From Candidatus Bathyarchaeota archaeon (GTDB lineage: Archaea; Thermoproteota; Bathyarchaeia; Bathyarchaeales; WUQV01), in assembly GCA_021158125.1 (NCBI GenBank), contig JAGGVF010000005.1, positions 2,566-66,565 of the forward strand: a DNA stretch of 64,000 nt, given 5' to 3'. A model generated the notes under the pieces. It was not told the origin of the DNA and made no database searches. It saw only the letters and a program-made list of their open reading frames with translations. This document shows, piece by piece, positions 9,210-17,976 of the stretch. Every line of letters starts with the position of its first letter. Positions within the stretch are counted from its first letter, which is position 1. Both the position numbers and the translations under genes were made by a program.

Positions 9210-9417
9210 ATTGATGGCAACCTACGGTTTCCATTCCTTCCCTTTTCTGGTTTTGAAGTTGATTAGAAAGTATCTGGTTGTTAGCGTTTTCTAAAGCGTT
9301 TATGTAAAGCTTTAAGCAGTTTTCGCATGTTCTTGAGATGTTTAGTCCTAATTGTTTTGCCTTTTCGAGAATTTCTTTTTCTATTAGGATGTTTGTTCTG
9401 ACTTTCATCTTGTTCAT
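9142..9417 (-). CDS. Int(N): N-terminal integrase fragment (RHH-like) reading through attL into the tRNA antisense strand
   Basis: MNKMKVRTNILIEKEILEKAKQLGLNISRTCENCLKLYI is RHH/CcdA-like. The ORF continues ...CHQL-VGSPGFEPGIASAP (att-encoded) and then runs into tRNA-derived codons before a stop. Confidence 0.65.
   Translation of the reverse strand: MNKMKVRTNILIEKEILEKAKQLGLNISRTCENCLKLYINALENANNQILSNQLQNQKREGMETVGCHQLVGSPGFEPGIASAPGWYPRPN
9165..9205. repeat. attL: 41-bp direct repeat (3' part of tRNA-Pro, from anticodon loop to acceptor end)
   Basis: CTGGGGCGCTGGCGATCCCGGGTTCAAATCCCGGCGACCCC is identical to 13238-13278. Confidence 0.9.
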
Positions 9418-9525
9418 TCGTGTGTATAAATGTGTAATTATGCACACAAATAGTTTGTGGTTAGTATCCTATTGCGTCGAGGTATCCGCCTATTATAAGG
9501 CATGCTAAGAATTCTCTCTTCATTT

Positions 9526-10584
9526 TTACCATCTCTTACTTATGTAAATAGCTAATGAACAGCAAGCGACACCCATAATTACAACGAAGACAAATTTTTG
9601 AGGATTATAAAACCAAGGTTCAGGTTCAGCTTCTACAAGACCTTTAACAACTTGAATATAATGCTTAGTTTTATTATAAAGGAGAAATGGGTCTTTATCT
9701 AAGGCGGTGTAATCGTAATGTGGTTCAATATTTGTTCTTTCAGCATATTCGTTCCACCATGAAATTGTTATAACTTCAACTTCTCCGTTTTTTACGGCGT
9801 TTATTGCCTTTTCCCACTCAGCATCATACAACCATGTTAATTCTGGGTCAACATAATACGTGGAGTTTCTGGGTGGACTTGTTATAAATCTGTCATCGTA
9901 TCTCGGAATTACAGGGATATGCCTACATCTTGGAGATTCTCCTTGCCATGTCTTATCACTTGCGTTTCCATCTTTCCCTGGATAGTAGATGTTTTGATAC
10001 AACCATTCATCTGAGGCATATACTCCCATTTTAATAACCGTGAATCTTGGGTCATATTGCAGTGGGTCTTCAGGGTAATGGAAAATTGTAGAGTCAACGC
10101 TGAAGAATATGATTAAAGGTTTTCCCTTGTAGTAATAATAAACAGTTGGATATTTCATAACAAATTCTTCATAGATATAATCGTAGATTTCCGCCTCATT
10201 TGTTTCATTTCCAGTTTTCTCAACAATAATGCAAGCTTTAACTTTTTTACTGTAATTTTTCATAACTTCAAAGAAAAGCTTACAGTTCTGGTCCACATAA
10301 GGATTATAATATCTTCCTTGCCAGGTAACCATGACAAAGTCTAAACCTAAATCGTTAAACCAGTAAACATGACTTCTTAAAACTATGGGGTCATCACTGT
10401 TGTAATAACCTAAAAACGGAACGTCAACACAGTTAGGGTCATCTTCCCAATTATACATCCAAACATTATATCCCAAACCGACTTGAACATCCCCTTTTTC
10501 TTCAACCCCCACAACTAAAGGAAGACTATAAGCTAAAAAAACTAAAAAGAGGAGGAAAATGAAAATTAAAGCTTTCCTGTTCAT
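9526..10584 (-). CDS. Exported, C-terminally TM-anchored glycoside-hydrolase-like protein (GH99/WbsX-like pattern)
   Basis: Signal peptide. The motif PFLGYYNSDDPIVLRSHVYWFNDLGLDFVMVTWQG resembles the GH99-like P.lG.Y.S.D..v...H......GI....vSW.G. C-terminal TM FVFVVIMGVACCSLAIYISKRW. Confidence 0.5.
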   Translation of the reverse strand: MNRKALIFIFLLFLVFLAYSLPLVVGVEEKGDVQVGLGYNVWMYNWEDDPNCVDVPFLGYYNSDDPIVLRSHVYWFNDLGLDFVMVTWQGRYYNPYVDQNCKLFFEVMKNYSKKVKACIIVEKTGNETNEAEIYDYIYEEFVMKYPTVYYYYKGKPLIIFFSVDSTIFHYPEDPLQYDPRFTVIKMGVYASDEWLYQNIYYPGKDGNASDKTWQGESPRCRHIPVIPRYDDRFITSPPRNSTYYVDPELTWLYDAEWEKAINAVKNGEVEVITISWWNEYAERTNIEPHYDYTALDKDPFLLYNKTKHYIQVVKGLVEAEPEPWFYNPQKFVFVVIMGVACCSLAIYISKRW

Positions 10585-10842
10585 AGTTCACCCCTGAAGC
10601 TTCTTGAACACGGCAACGATAGCTCCAAGCAATGCAATACTTATAATTGCAGGCATTATATCATTTACGGTATTTCCGACGTCCACGGAAATATCTTCAT
10701 TTATAGTGACTTGAACATATCCAGCTGTAACGCTGTCTGCAGCTCCATTAAATGCCAAGCATCCTATGGGTTCTTTGAAAGCTATATCGTTTAAAACAGG
10801 TTTCTCGTTTCCGGAATCACAATTGCAATATCTTTTGGAATC

Positions 10843-11685
10843 ATGATCACAAGGATTAGAATGTCAAGGCAAATTTTAACTGGAAATCAAGCGTTCAGTC
10901 TTTGGGAATCATGCCTTAGGAAGATCTATAATACTCCTGCAAGCGTTACCGTTGTAACTGGAGAATGGAAAACTGGAAAAACTGACACCTCATTATATAT
11001 CGCCTTTGATGAATTAAAGGAGAATTTAGGCATAATAAAGAAAATTGGAACCAACATCAAGGTTTTTAAAGATGAAAAGTTCACAGAACTGGATGACCAA
11101 ATCGTTTACATTGATAATTTTGTAGATCTTGAAACGTTCCTTTTCCAGGATAAGAAACCCAAAGTTTTCATTTTCGATGAGGCAATCAAGTCTGCACCTT
11201 CCAGGAAGGCGATGAGTCAAATAAACACGAAATGGTTAGACTACGTTCCTGAACTAAGCAAAGCAAAATGTCATCTCATTGCAGTCATCCAATCGAAAAA
11301 CTATATGGAAAAGCTGTTCTTGGATCCAATATTTGTGAGAGCGGAATGGAGAAAAATCAACAAGACAACCGTTATCTTAACGATTCTAAAACCTACAATT
11401 GAGATTCACACCTTCCATGACGTTCCAGGAACAAGCTTGAAGTTTGACCCATACCGACAGGCAATTTGGCGAATGTATCCAGAGAAAAGGATGGAGAATC
11501 TTCCGTTTGAAGTTAAAATTGCGTTTGATTATGCACATGGAGTCTCAAGCGAGGAACTTATGCAAAAGTATCAATTGGGATCCAGAATGCAAGCAATACG
11601 CCTAATCCGCAAAGGAATCCGCATACTGGAACAAATACTCAGTAACATTCTAACATACAAGCGGAAAGAGGATAAAATAGAATAA
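10843..11685 (+). CDS. P-loop NTPase with C-terminal HTH-like region (candidate replication/partition protein of the element)
   Basis: Walker A GEWKTGKT, Walker B KVFIFDEA. C-terminal SSEELMQKYQLGSRMQAIRLIRKGIRIL is HTH-like. Confidence 0.65.
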   Translation: MITRIRMSRQILTGNQAFSLWESCLRKIYNTPASVTVVTGEWKTGKTDTSLYIAFDELKENLGIIKKIGTNIKVFKDEKFTELDDQIVYIDNFVDLETFLFQDKKPKVFIFDEAIKSAPSRKAMSQINTKWLDYVPELSKAKCHLIAVIQSKNYMEKLFLDPIFVRAEWRKINKTTVILTILKPTIEIHTFHDVPGTSLKFDPYRQAIWRMYPEKRMENLPFEVKIAFDYAHGVSSEELMQKYQLGSRMQAIRLIRKGIRILEQILSNILTYKRKEDKIE

Positions 11686-11907
11686 ATTTTGTTACAAGAA
11701 ACCAATTTTTAGCTTAAAATAATGTTGGAAGACTCCAGCGTCAAGAGATGGAGAAATTCACATCACTCATTATTCTTTTCAAGATAAAAAGAATGTCCGA
11801 AAAGCTCTCTTTTTAAAGCTTTATGAATAAGAATTGAAATGATAGTGTTATTGAGGATTAAAAATATTTGAGGAAAGAGGTTATAATTTTGATATTTCAA
11901 AAAACGG

Positions 11908-12273
11908 TTATTCATTTTTTAACTGATCAATTTTAACAACTTTTACGATCTGTAATTCTTTCCTCAAATATTTTTGTATAGCATCTTGGACGGATTTCAC
12001 ATTTCCCGTGTAAACTGTAACTCCGTTTTTGTCCAGCAGTTCTATTGCTCTAATACTCAGAGAGAGAGCTATGACTCCTTTTATCTTCCTTTTCTTTACC
12101 TTTTCTATTATCAAAGCGTCTGACTTAAGCTCAAAAGTGTTAAGCTCTTTTATTCCGTTTTCATCAAAACAAACTTCGGTGAAAATCGGTGCATCCTTCC
12201 AATGGGGAAATATCTTGGCATTTAATCCTCCAGGTTTATATGTTGGAATTAAAAATCTTAGATATTTTTCCAT
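11908..12273 (-). CDS. NifX/NifB-C-terminal-like (dinitrogenase FeMo-cofactor-binding fold family) small protein
   Basis: 121 aa. The pattern F.HW.DAP.F....FDENG ... GVIALSLSIRAIELLDKNGVTVY.G...SVQDAIQKY is typical of this family. Confidence 0.55.
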   Translation of the reverse strand: MEKYLRFLIPTYKPGGLNAKIFPHWKDAPIFTEVCFDENGIKELNTFELKSDALIIEKVKKRKIKGVIALSLSIRAIELLDKNGVTVYTGNVKSVQDAIQKYLRKELQIVKVVKIDQLKNE

Positions 12274-12388
12274 ATTATTTTGTGAGCAGTTTTATCAAGA
12301 TAAGTTTTTTGTCATTAAAATGTGCCATTAGTGGTGCGAACCGCCGAAAATTATACGTCGTCCTATTTTAGGTGTTTAAGAAAAAGGA

Positions 12389-13237
12389 TTAAGAGATTTT
12401 GTTTTGAATCTCCTTAACTGCATTGAAGACCCTTTCTTTCAAATCGCATATTAATGCTGGATTGAAATAGTTTGCCATGAAAATGTTCGTTGTTACTCTT
12501 CCGTGAATGAAGTCTATTTCTGGTTGCTTCAAGTATTTGGTCATGAAGCTCGCATGAGCTTCCCTTATATCGCTAAACCTAAGCTTTAATCCTTTCTTTT
12601 TAACTCTCATCTGAATTGCATGTCTCGAATCCGGTAATGGAGAACTCAAAGCTATCTTTTCAATTGATTCTTTTGGAATAAAGCTAACGAATGCCTTTTT
12701 GCTCTTTCTAAGAAAGATTTCTTTGAATCTGAAGTGCTCTAATGCTTCTTTTTCCTCATTATAGTATTCATTAAGTTTTCCTTCCTTCGCAAGCTTAATA
12801 ATTAAGTTATAGCTTTCAATTGCTTCCACTAAACGCAAACCGGTAATTGCCATGAAATCCATAAAATCGGAAAGATCGCTTCTTGCTCGTTTAACTTGCT
12901 TAATCCACTCAAACACTTCATTAGGATCCTGAACTTTCATAAGTCTCTCTATAACAAGTTCTTCATTGCTTTTGCCTCCCCATTCAAGATCATGCTTGTG
13001 CATCATCTTCAGAAACTCATCATGCATTCCGACAAACTTTGACAAGTTCGCTAATGCCTTAACAATATTAGTTCTTTTAGTCTTCCGAATCATCAAAAGC
13101 TCTGAAAGATCCCTATCCAATAGACAATGTGCATACTTCCTTGAACAATTATAAACATCCTTTGCGTATCCTGGAGAAAACTGGTTCTCTAACCATTGCC
13201 TATAAGCTTCCCAATCAATCTGATCAACTCTCAAGTC
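12389..13237 (-). CDS. Int(C): catalytic part of an SSV-type tyrosine recombinase, lacking its own start
   Basis: The frame is open from attR (…GSPGFEPGIASAP-DLRVDQIDWEAY…) with an in-frame TAG just upstream of att. Recombinase-like boxes are TGLRLVEA, IREAHASF, HGR and a terminal Y in NIFMANY. Confidence 0.8.
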   Translation of the reverse strand, partial: DLRVDQIDWEAYRQWLENQFSPGYAKDVYNCSRKYAHCLLDRDLSELLMIRKTKRTNIVKALANLSKFVGMHDEFLKMMHKHDLEWGGKSNEELVIERLMKVQDPNEVFEWIKQVKRARSDLSDFMDFMAITGLRLVEAIESYNLIIKLAKEGKLNEYYNEEKEALEHFRFKEIFLRKSKKAFVSFIPKESIEKIALSSPLPDSRHAIQMRVKKKGLKLRFSDIREAHASFMTKYLKQPEIDFIHGRVTTNIFMANYFNPALICDLKERVFNAVKEIQNKIS

Positions 13238-13278
13238 TGGGGCGCTGGCGATCCCGGGTTCAAATCCCGGCGACCCCC
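13238..13278. repeat. attR: second copy of the 41-bp tRNA-Pro 3' segment
   Basis: Exact copy of 9165-9205. The flanking bases differ (T vs C upstream, extra C downstream). Confidence 0.9.
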
Positions 13279-13386
13279 ACTAAGTTTTCCTTGTTCTAAA
13301 CTGATATCTGCTAAGCGAGTTTTGCGTTAGAGATGTTTAGCGTAAATGTCATAAATTTAGTACTATGATAATAAATGTGATGTGAT

Positions 13387-13692
13387 ATGACTATGTTTAG
13401 TGATGAAGAATTACGTAAAGTTTCCGTTTTATTTAGGGCCTTTGGAAATCCAATTAGATTTAAAATCGTTGCGTTGGTAAGTGAAACTAAAAGGCCCTTA
13501 CATATCAAGGCTGTTGCACGGCTGTTAAAGAGGGATTACGCAGCTATTTACCGTCACGTTAAGGTTCTTGAGAAAAGCGGGTTATTGGGAATATACGAAG
13601 TTGGGCGTTCACGTGTTCTATATCCAAAGGATGAGGAACTCATCAACCTTTTTCTTGGTTTTGCTAAAAAATTAACGCAAAAGAATAATTAA
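13387..13692 (+). CDS. ArsR-family winged-helix transcription regulator
   Basis: LFRAFGNPIRFKIVALVSE...LHIKAVARLLKRDYAAIYRHVKVLEKSGLL is the classical ArsR/SmtB HTH. Confidence 0.8.
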   Translation: MTMFSDEELRKVSVLFRAFGNPIRFKIVALVSETKRPLHIKAVARLLKRDYAAIYRHVKVLEKSGLLGIYEVGRSRVLYPKDEELINLFLGFAKKLTQKNN

Positions 13693-13776
13693 TTTAACTT
13701 TTTTGCAAAATTGAATTAAATAAAATTTAAATATAATTTACTTAAACCTCACCTTTTCATATGAGGACTGACTATT

Positions 13777-14283
13777 TTGAGGAAAATTGGCGCACATGAA
13801 ATAGCAGCGGCAAGCATCCTCGGCGGCCTATCCGCTCTCTGCGAAATCATACCTGGCCCACCGTTCGATATTCCTTTTCCGCTTCTACCAAAGATTTCTT
13901 GGGATATAACTGGGCTACCTATGATGGTAAGCTTACTTCTTTACGGCTTATCATGCGCTATCTACACATGCATAATTGGATGTTCAATAATTTTCATTAG
14001 AGGAAACATGTACGGAGGAACATTCAAGATAATCGCTGAACTCTCAACTCTTATCGGGTTTGCACTGTTTAGAAAGAACTTCATCGTAGATACTGTTAAA
14101 GCCACTGCATCAAGGGTACTAGTAACGACCATTACAAACTATTATTTGCTTCAACTATTTTATCGCATTCCTGAAAATGTTGTTATTGGCTTGTTAGGGC
14201 CAATAGCAGTATTTAATGTTACACAAGCTTTAATCAACATAATTCCCGCTCAAATCATATATCTAAGAGTGAGGAAGGAATAA
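13777..14283 (+). CDS. Integral membrane protein (ECF-transporter S-component-like)
   Basis: 168 aa with about 5 hydrophobic helices. Immediately downstream of the ArsR gene, and its stop overlaps the next start. Confidence 0.5.
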   Translation: MRKIGAHEIAAASILGGLSALCEIIPGPPFDIPFPLLPKISWDITGLPMMVSLLLYGLSCAIYTCIIGCSIIFIRGNMYGGTFKIIAELSTLIGFALFRKNFIVDTVKATASRVLVTTITNYYLLQLFYRIPENVVIGLLGPIAVFNVTQALINIIPAQIIYLRVRKE

Positions 14284-14966
14284 TGTCGACACGAAACAGC
14301 TTAAAGGTGGGGCTTACCGCAATTTTCGCTGCACTACACGCAATTTTATATTTATTGTCATTCGGTCTCTGGCGGAACTGGGCAATATACATTGAACCTT
14401 TTGAAGGAATATTTCTAGGTCCTTGGATGGGTTTTTCCGCCGCCCTCATGGGCAGTGTTATTGCCAGAATAATTAGGCCTATTGATTTCTGGATGTTTGG
14501 GATAGTTGCTGAGCCTCTTGGGGTTCTAGTTTGCGGTTTTCTGGCCAGAGGAAAATGGAAACCAGCCATTTTGATATACGGCTTCATGTTACTGGCTTAT
14601 TTTGTTCATCCGTTTGGGAGGGCTCTCCCACTTTGGACAATTCTAGACATACTTATCTCTTTTGTGTTGATTTATCCTGTTGCAAAAATGGGTAATTACA
14701 TTTTTATGGATGATGTTAAACGTTCCTCTTTATCCTTCATTTTTGTTTCTTTCATTGGTACAGTTACAGATTCTTTAACGCGTGTCTTTTTGTTCATACC
14801 AGTTGGTTTGTACTCGCTTTTTGGGTTGTCATTTGATGAATTGCAATGGATATTTGTAACAGGTGCTGTGAGTTCTTATATAGAAGATGCTTTGGTAGTA
14901 TTGGTTTCAGTTTTAGTGGGAATCCCCTTATTGGCTGCTTTGAAGAAGTTAAAATTTCCATGTTAG
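14283..14966 (+). CDS. Integral membrane protein (ECF S-component/QueT-like)
   Basis: 227 aa with about 6 TM helices. 1-nt overlap (TAATG) with the upstream membrane ORF. Confidence 0.5.
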   Translation: MSTRNSLKVGLTAIFAALHAILYLLSFGLWRNWAIYIEPFEGIFLGPWMGFSAALMGSVIARIIRPIDFWMFGIVAEPLGVLVCGFLARGKWKPAILIYGFMLLAYFVHPFGRALPLWTILDILISFVLIYPVAKMGNYIFMDDVKRSSLSFIFVSFIGTVTDSLTRVFLFIPVGLYSLFGLSFDELQWIFVTGAVSSYIEDALVVLVSVLVGIPLLAALKKLKFPC

Positions 14967-14979
14967 AGTAAATAGCGTA

Positions 14980-15522
14980 TTATGTTCGAATTACACGTTT
15001 AATGTATTTTGGCGGAATGTGTCTGGCTAAATATACTGTTTCTGTTGCTTTGTATATTTTTAAGCCGTCTTTTCTTGCTGCTTCTACGTCTATTTCGAGG
15101 ATTACTGGCTTATCTGTTCTTCTGAGTCCTATTTGTGTTGCTATTTCTATGGTTGGTGAGAGATGCACCCATTTTCTCTTCATTGGTTTTAGGCCTGTTT
15201 TTAGAATTTTGGAGGCTGCTTCGGAAGTTGTTCCGTGATACAGTATTTTAACGTTCTTATCCTCTTCCAGTTCAAGTTTTACCGGAATTGTATGTCCATA
15301 TAACGCTCTAATCTTATTATCAACTATTTCGAAACGTTTTCTATCGCTTTTTTCAACTATTTCGAAAATGAATTCTTTATTAATGCTGAAACGTTCTCTA
15401 AGCTTTGCAAGCAACTCGTCCAAGTCAACAAATCCGTGCTCGTCCATCCTTAAGTCTTCGGGATTATGCCTAAGAAGATAACTCATGTACTTGCTTACTC
15501 TAACCTTCAAGTCATTTTTCAT
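14980..15522 (-). CDS. kptA: RNA 2'-phosphotransferase (Tpt1/KptA family)
   Basis: VRVSKYMSYLLRHNPEDL...DEHGFVDLDELL...ALYGHTIPV...LYHGTTSEAASKIL..GLKPMKRKWVHLS. Confidence 0.85.
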   Translation of the reverse strand: MKNDLKVRVSKYMSYLLRHNPEDLRMDEHGFVDLDELLAKLRERFSINKEFIFEIVEKSDRKRFEIVDNKIRALYGHTIPVKLELEEDKNVKILYHGTTSEAASKILKTGLKPMKRKWVHLSPTIEIATQIGLRRTDKPVILEIDVEAARKDGLKIYKATETVYLARHIPPKYIKRVIRT

Positions 15523-15564
15523 ATCAGATAAACCTTAATTGAAATTATGCTGGAAGGAGAAATT

Positions 15565-15891
15565 CTATTTTTCATTTTTCAAGTTTTTTCTTAACGCTTT
15601 AAGAGTGCCGGATATGTTAATTATGTGCATGGCCGCAGGTGTTTCCTCAATTTTTGTTATAAAGGCTATGGCTGCCCTAACCATGTTGAGAGAATGGTGA
15701 AAACATCGTAAAATGAGCGTTTTTTCCTCTTTTCTGTACTCTATTGCAGATATTCCCGTCTTGCTTGCACCGTACTCGCCGAAAAGTTTTGTCACCGATT
15801 CCCAAATGGTATTTGTTAATTTTTTCTTGTCGAAAGCTTCTTCAGCCTCCAACTTTATTGCCAAATATCTTCTTCTTAGGCGTTTGGGCAA
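15565..15891 (-). CDS. rnp2: RNase P protein component 2 (Pop5/Rpp14)
   Basis: RRRYLAIKLEAE...ESVTKLFGEYGASKTGISAIEY...LILRCFHHSLNMVRAAIAFI. Adjacent to Rpp30. Confidence 0.75.
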   Translation of the reverse strand: MPKRLRRRYLAIKLEAEEAFDKKKLTNTIWESVTKLFGEYGASKTGISAIEYRKEEKTLILRCFHHSLNMVRAAIAFITKIEETPAAMHIINISGTLKALRKNLKNEK

Positions 15892-16613
15892 TCCCTTCCC
15901 CTCCTAACTATCTTTAGGCCTGGGGCGACAAAATTTGGACTTAACTTTTCTCTGTTTCGTTTCAAAATTGAGAATGGGGTTTCTGAAACCGCTTTTAAGG
16001 CCATTTCAATGGGCATATCAAAAAGAATGGCTAAAGCTGCGATTTCACGTGGTTTTCTCATTAGAGTCGGGTTGGAAGTTCCGCTTGACAGGACTACTGG
16101 TACGTCGTATTTTTTGGCTATTTCTATTTCATTTCTTAATCTTGAGAGTAATTGTATTCTCTGCACTTTGGGTAATGTGGGAATTTGCATGATCTCTATT
16201 TCTAAGGCTGCAAGTGCGTGGGAGGCAAGTTCTGCTTCTGCTTCATCAAAGAATCTTTTTTTAACTTCATTTGGAAAGTAGACTAAGTCTACTCTTCTGT
16301 CTTTTGCTGCTTGTCTTGAGACGGCTTTAGAATTGCATTTAACGGCTACTATTTCGAATTTTCTTCTAAGTTTCCTTAGATTTCTTAGAAGTTCCGAGGG
16401 ATTTATAGGAGTTAAATTTACTCTTGATACAAAGTCTACACCGTATTTTTTGGCTATTTCTTTTAGTTGCGTGATTTTTCTTTTGCTTATTTTCGGCGGT
16501 AGGGGTACTCCTATGGCCTTGTAGCCTAACCAGCTTGCTTTTTCAATTGTTTTTTCAAATTGCTCTAAGTTTTCTGTTTGAACGCATAGGTTGAGGTCTG
16601 CAAACTTCTTCAA
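15876..16613 (-). CDS. rnp3: RNase P protein component 3 (Rpp30)
   Basis: FADLNL...A.WLGYKAIGV..., about 245 aa, PHP/TIM-like pattern. Conserved neighbourhood with Pop5 and the DUF54 protein. Confidence 0.75.
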   Translation of the reverse strand: MKKFADLNLCVQTENLEQFEKTIEKASWLGYKAIGVPLPPKISKRKITQLKEIAKKYGVDFVSRVNLTPINPSELLRNLRKLRRKFEIVAVKCNSKAVSRQAAKDRRVDLVYFPNEVKKRFFDEAEAELASHALAALEIEIMQIPTLPKVQRIQLLSRLRNEIEIAKKYDVPVVLSSGTSNPTLMRKPREIAALAILFDMPIEMALKAVSETPFSILKRNREKLSPNFVAPGLKIVRRGRDCPNA

Positions 16614-17053
16614 TGTACAAGACCCAGTTCTTTGCAGATTTTATATATTTCCTCCCTTCTCTCCTTTCTGAATCTGAATCTTATATGTATGGGGTCTGCG
16701 CTTTTTATTTTAATTTCATTTTGTAATACTGCTTGTTTGTCAAGTCTTAGATAGAGGCTACCTTTGTCGATGTGTCGGTCTATTTCTCTGCTTAGAATCT
16801 CCTTGTCTACTTCGTTAAGTTTTTTGGCAATTTTTTCTAAGATTTTGCTCAAAATTTCCTTCTTTTTTATTCTTGTTTCAATCAATTGAATTGGATTTCC
16901 GTAGTGTCCTTTAAGTTTTCGTTTTTTGAAATTTATTTCGTCTAGATGTTCTTTTGGGAGAATTTGCTGTACTGCTTCTATAACCTTGTTTAGGTCTTCG
17001 GTTGCGTGGGCGAATGCTCTTATTTCAATGTCTGCTATTGGGAGTCTTGGCAA
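16610..17053 (-). CDS. RNA-binding protein of the archaeal exosome/RNase P neighbourhood (DUF54/COG1325-like)
   Basis: IEIRAFAHATEDLNKV...GNPIQLIETRI... pattern. Overlaps the rnp3 start by 4 nt. Confidence 0.6.
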   Translation of the reverse strand: MPRLPIADIEIRAFAHATEDLNKVIEAVQQILPKEHLDEINFKKRKLKGHYGNPIQLIETRIKKKEILSKILEKIAKKLNEVDKEILSREIDRHIDKGSLYLRLDKQAVLQNEIKIKSADPIHIRFRFRKERREEIYKICKELGLVH

Positions 17054-17062
17054 AATTTACCC

Positions 17063-17317
17063 TCAGCTTTTCTTAGTTTTTGTTTTAGGTTTTGGTTTTT
17101 TAGCCTTTTTGGCCTGAGCGCCCCTTACAGTTTTAACAAAGTTTTCTAGTATCTTAACATTTTCTTCGTAGGCTGAGCTTCTACGCTTGTCAATTGATAT
17201 TCCAAGTTTTAACGCCTCTTTTATGTTTAATCCGACTTTCTCTAGTTCTTTTCGGCTGAAACCTTTTCCTTTACGTGGTTTCCCGTTTTTCTTGTAAACT
17301 GTGGCTTCAATTTTCAC
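17063..17317 (-). CDS. rpl13e: Ribosomal protein eL13
   Basis: 84 aa. [37 protein letters not shown] and a lysine-rich tail. Confidence 0.7.
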   Translation of the reverse strand: MKIEATVYKKNGKPRKGKGFSRKELEKVGLNIKEALKLGISIDKRRSSAYEENVKILENFVKTVRGAQAKKAKKPKPKTKTKKS

Positions 17318-17427
17318 CGGAGTTTCCCTTCCTATTTATTTTATTGTTGCTTAATTTTACCGCAAAATTAATAAGCTAATTGGTTATTGCATTTACTACA
17401 TCACAACACAAAAGTAATATCACAGAG

Positions 17428-17904
17428 ATGTTGCCAAAAGAATTCTTCATAACAAGCGGAAAGGCCGTAAGCCCAGTTTCGGAACTAAACGCCTTTGACC
17501 AAGCATTAAAAAAGGCTGGAATAGACCAATGCAATCTCGTTCCAGTAAGCTCAATTCTCCCGCCCGGATGTAAAGAAAGAAAATGGAAGAAGATTCCGGC
17601 TGGAACAATAACTTTCGGAGTTATAGCGAGAAAAGAAGGGGAAGAAGGAACAACAATCGGCGCCGGAATTGCGTGGGCATGGGAAAAGAACGGGAAAATA
17701 GGCTTGGTCGCTGAGGCTCATGGATATATGGACGCTAAGGCCATTAGAGAAACTTTGAAGTGGAAAATGAAGGAAATGGCTGAAATCCGAGGAATAGAAA
17801 TAGGCGAAATAAAATATAGAATTGAAGTTTTGAGGGTTCCAATGGACCATTACGGCTGCGTCCTAGCAGCCCTAATATTCTGCCCAACCACAATGAACTA
17901 CTAG
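17428..17904 (+). CDS. pdaD: Pyruvoyl-dependent arginine decarboxylase
   Basis: FFITSGKAVSPVSELNAFDQALKKAGIDQCNLVPVSSILPPG (self-cleavage Ser-Ser motif). ATG at 17428; an upstream TTG at 17380 is also open. Confidence 0.85.
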   Translation: MLPKEFFITSGKAVSPVSELNAFDQALKKAGIDQCNLVPVSSILPPGCKERKWKKIPAGTITFGVIARKEGEEGTTIGAGIAWAWEKNGKIGLVAEAHGYMDAKAIRETLKWKMKEMAEIRGIEIGEIKYRIEVLRVPMDHYGCVLAALIFCPTTMNY

Positions 17905-17976
17905 TTTTCCTTTAATGCCAACTTTTGGTTCAAAAGTCTTAAATATAAACCTAAATGGAATTTTATCGGTGTCCAA

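Larger units (their letters stand above)
9165..13278. mobile_element. Small integrated element (~4.07 kb as a circle) in tRNA-Pro with an SSV-type split integrase
   Basis: Bounded by the 41-bp direct repeats. The integrase halves abut the two att copies and join in frame across att. Confidence 0.85.

Noticed and set aside
10588-10863. Minus-strand open frame ending in a TM anchor (…DIMPAIISIALLGAIVAVFKKLQG*) between the GH99-like gene and the P-loop gene
   Set aside because: No ATG, GTG or TTG start gives a sensible protein (the first Met is 22 codons before the stop). It overlaps the start of 10843..11685. It may be a gene remnant, but that is not supportable.
13311-13508. 65-aa minus-strand ORF next to attR
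   Set aside because: It overlaps the start of the convincing ArsR-family gene on the opposite strand and has no motifs. Judged spurious.
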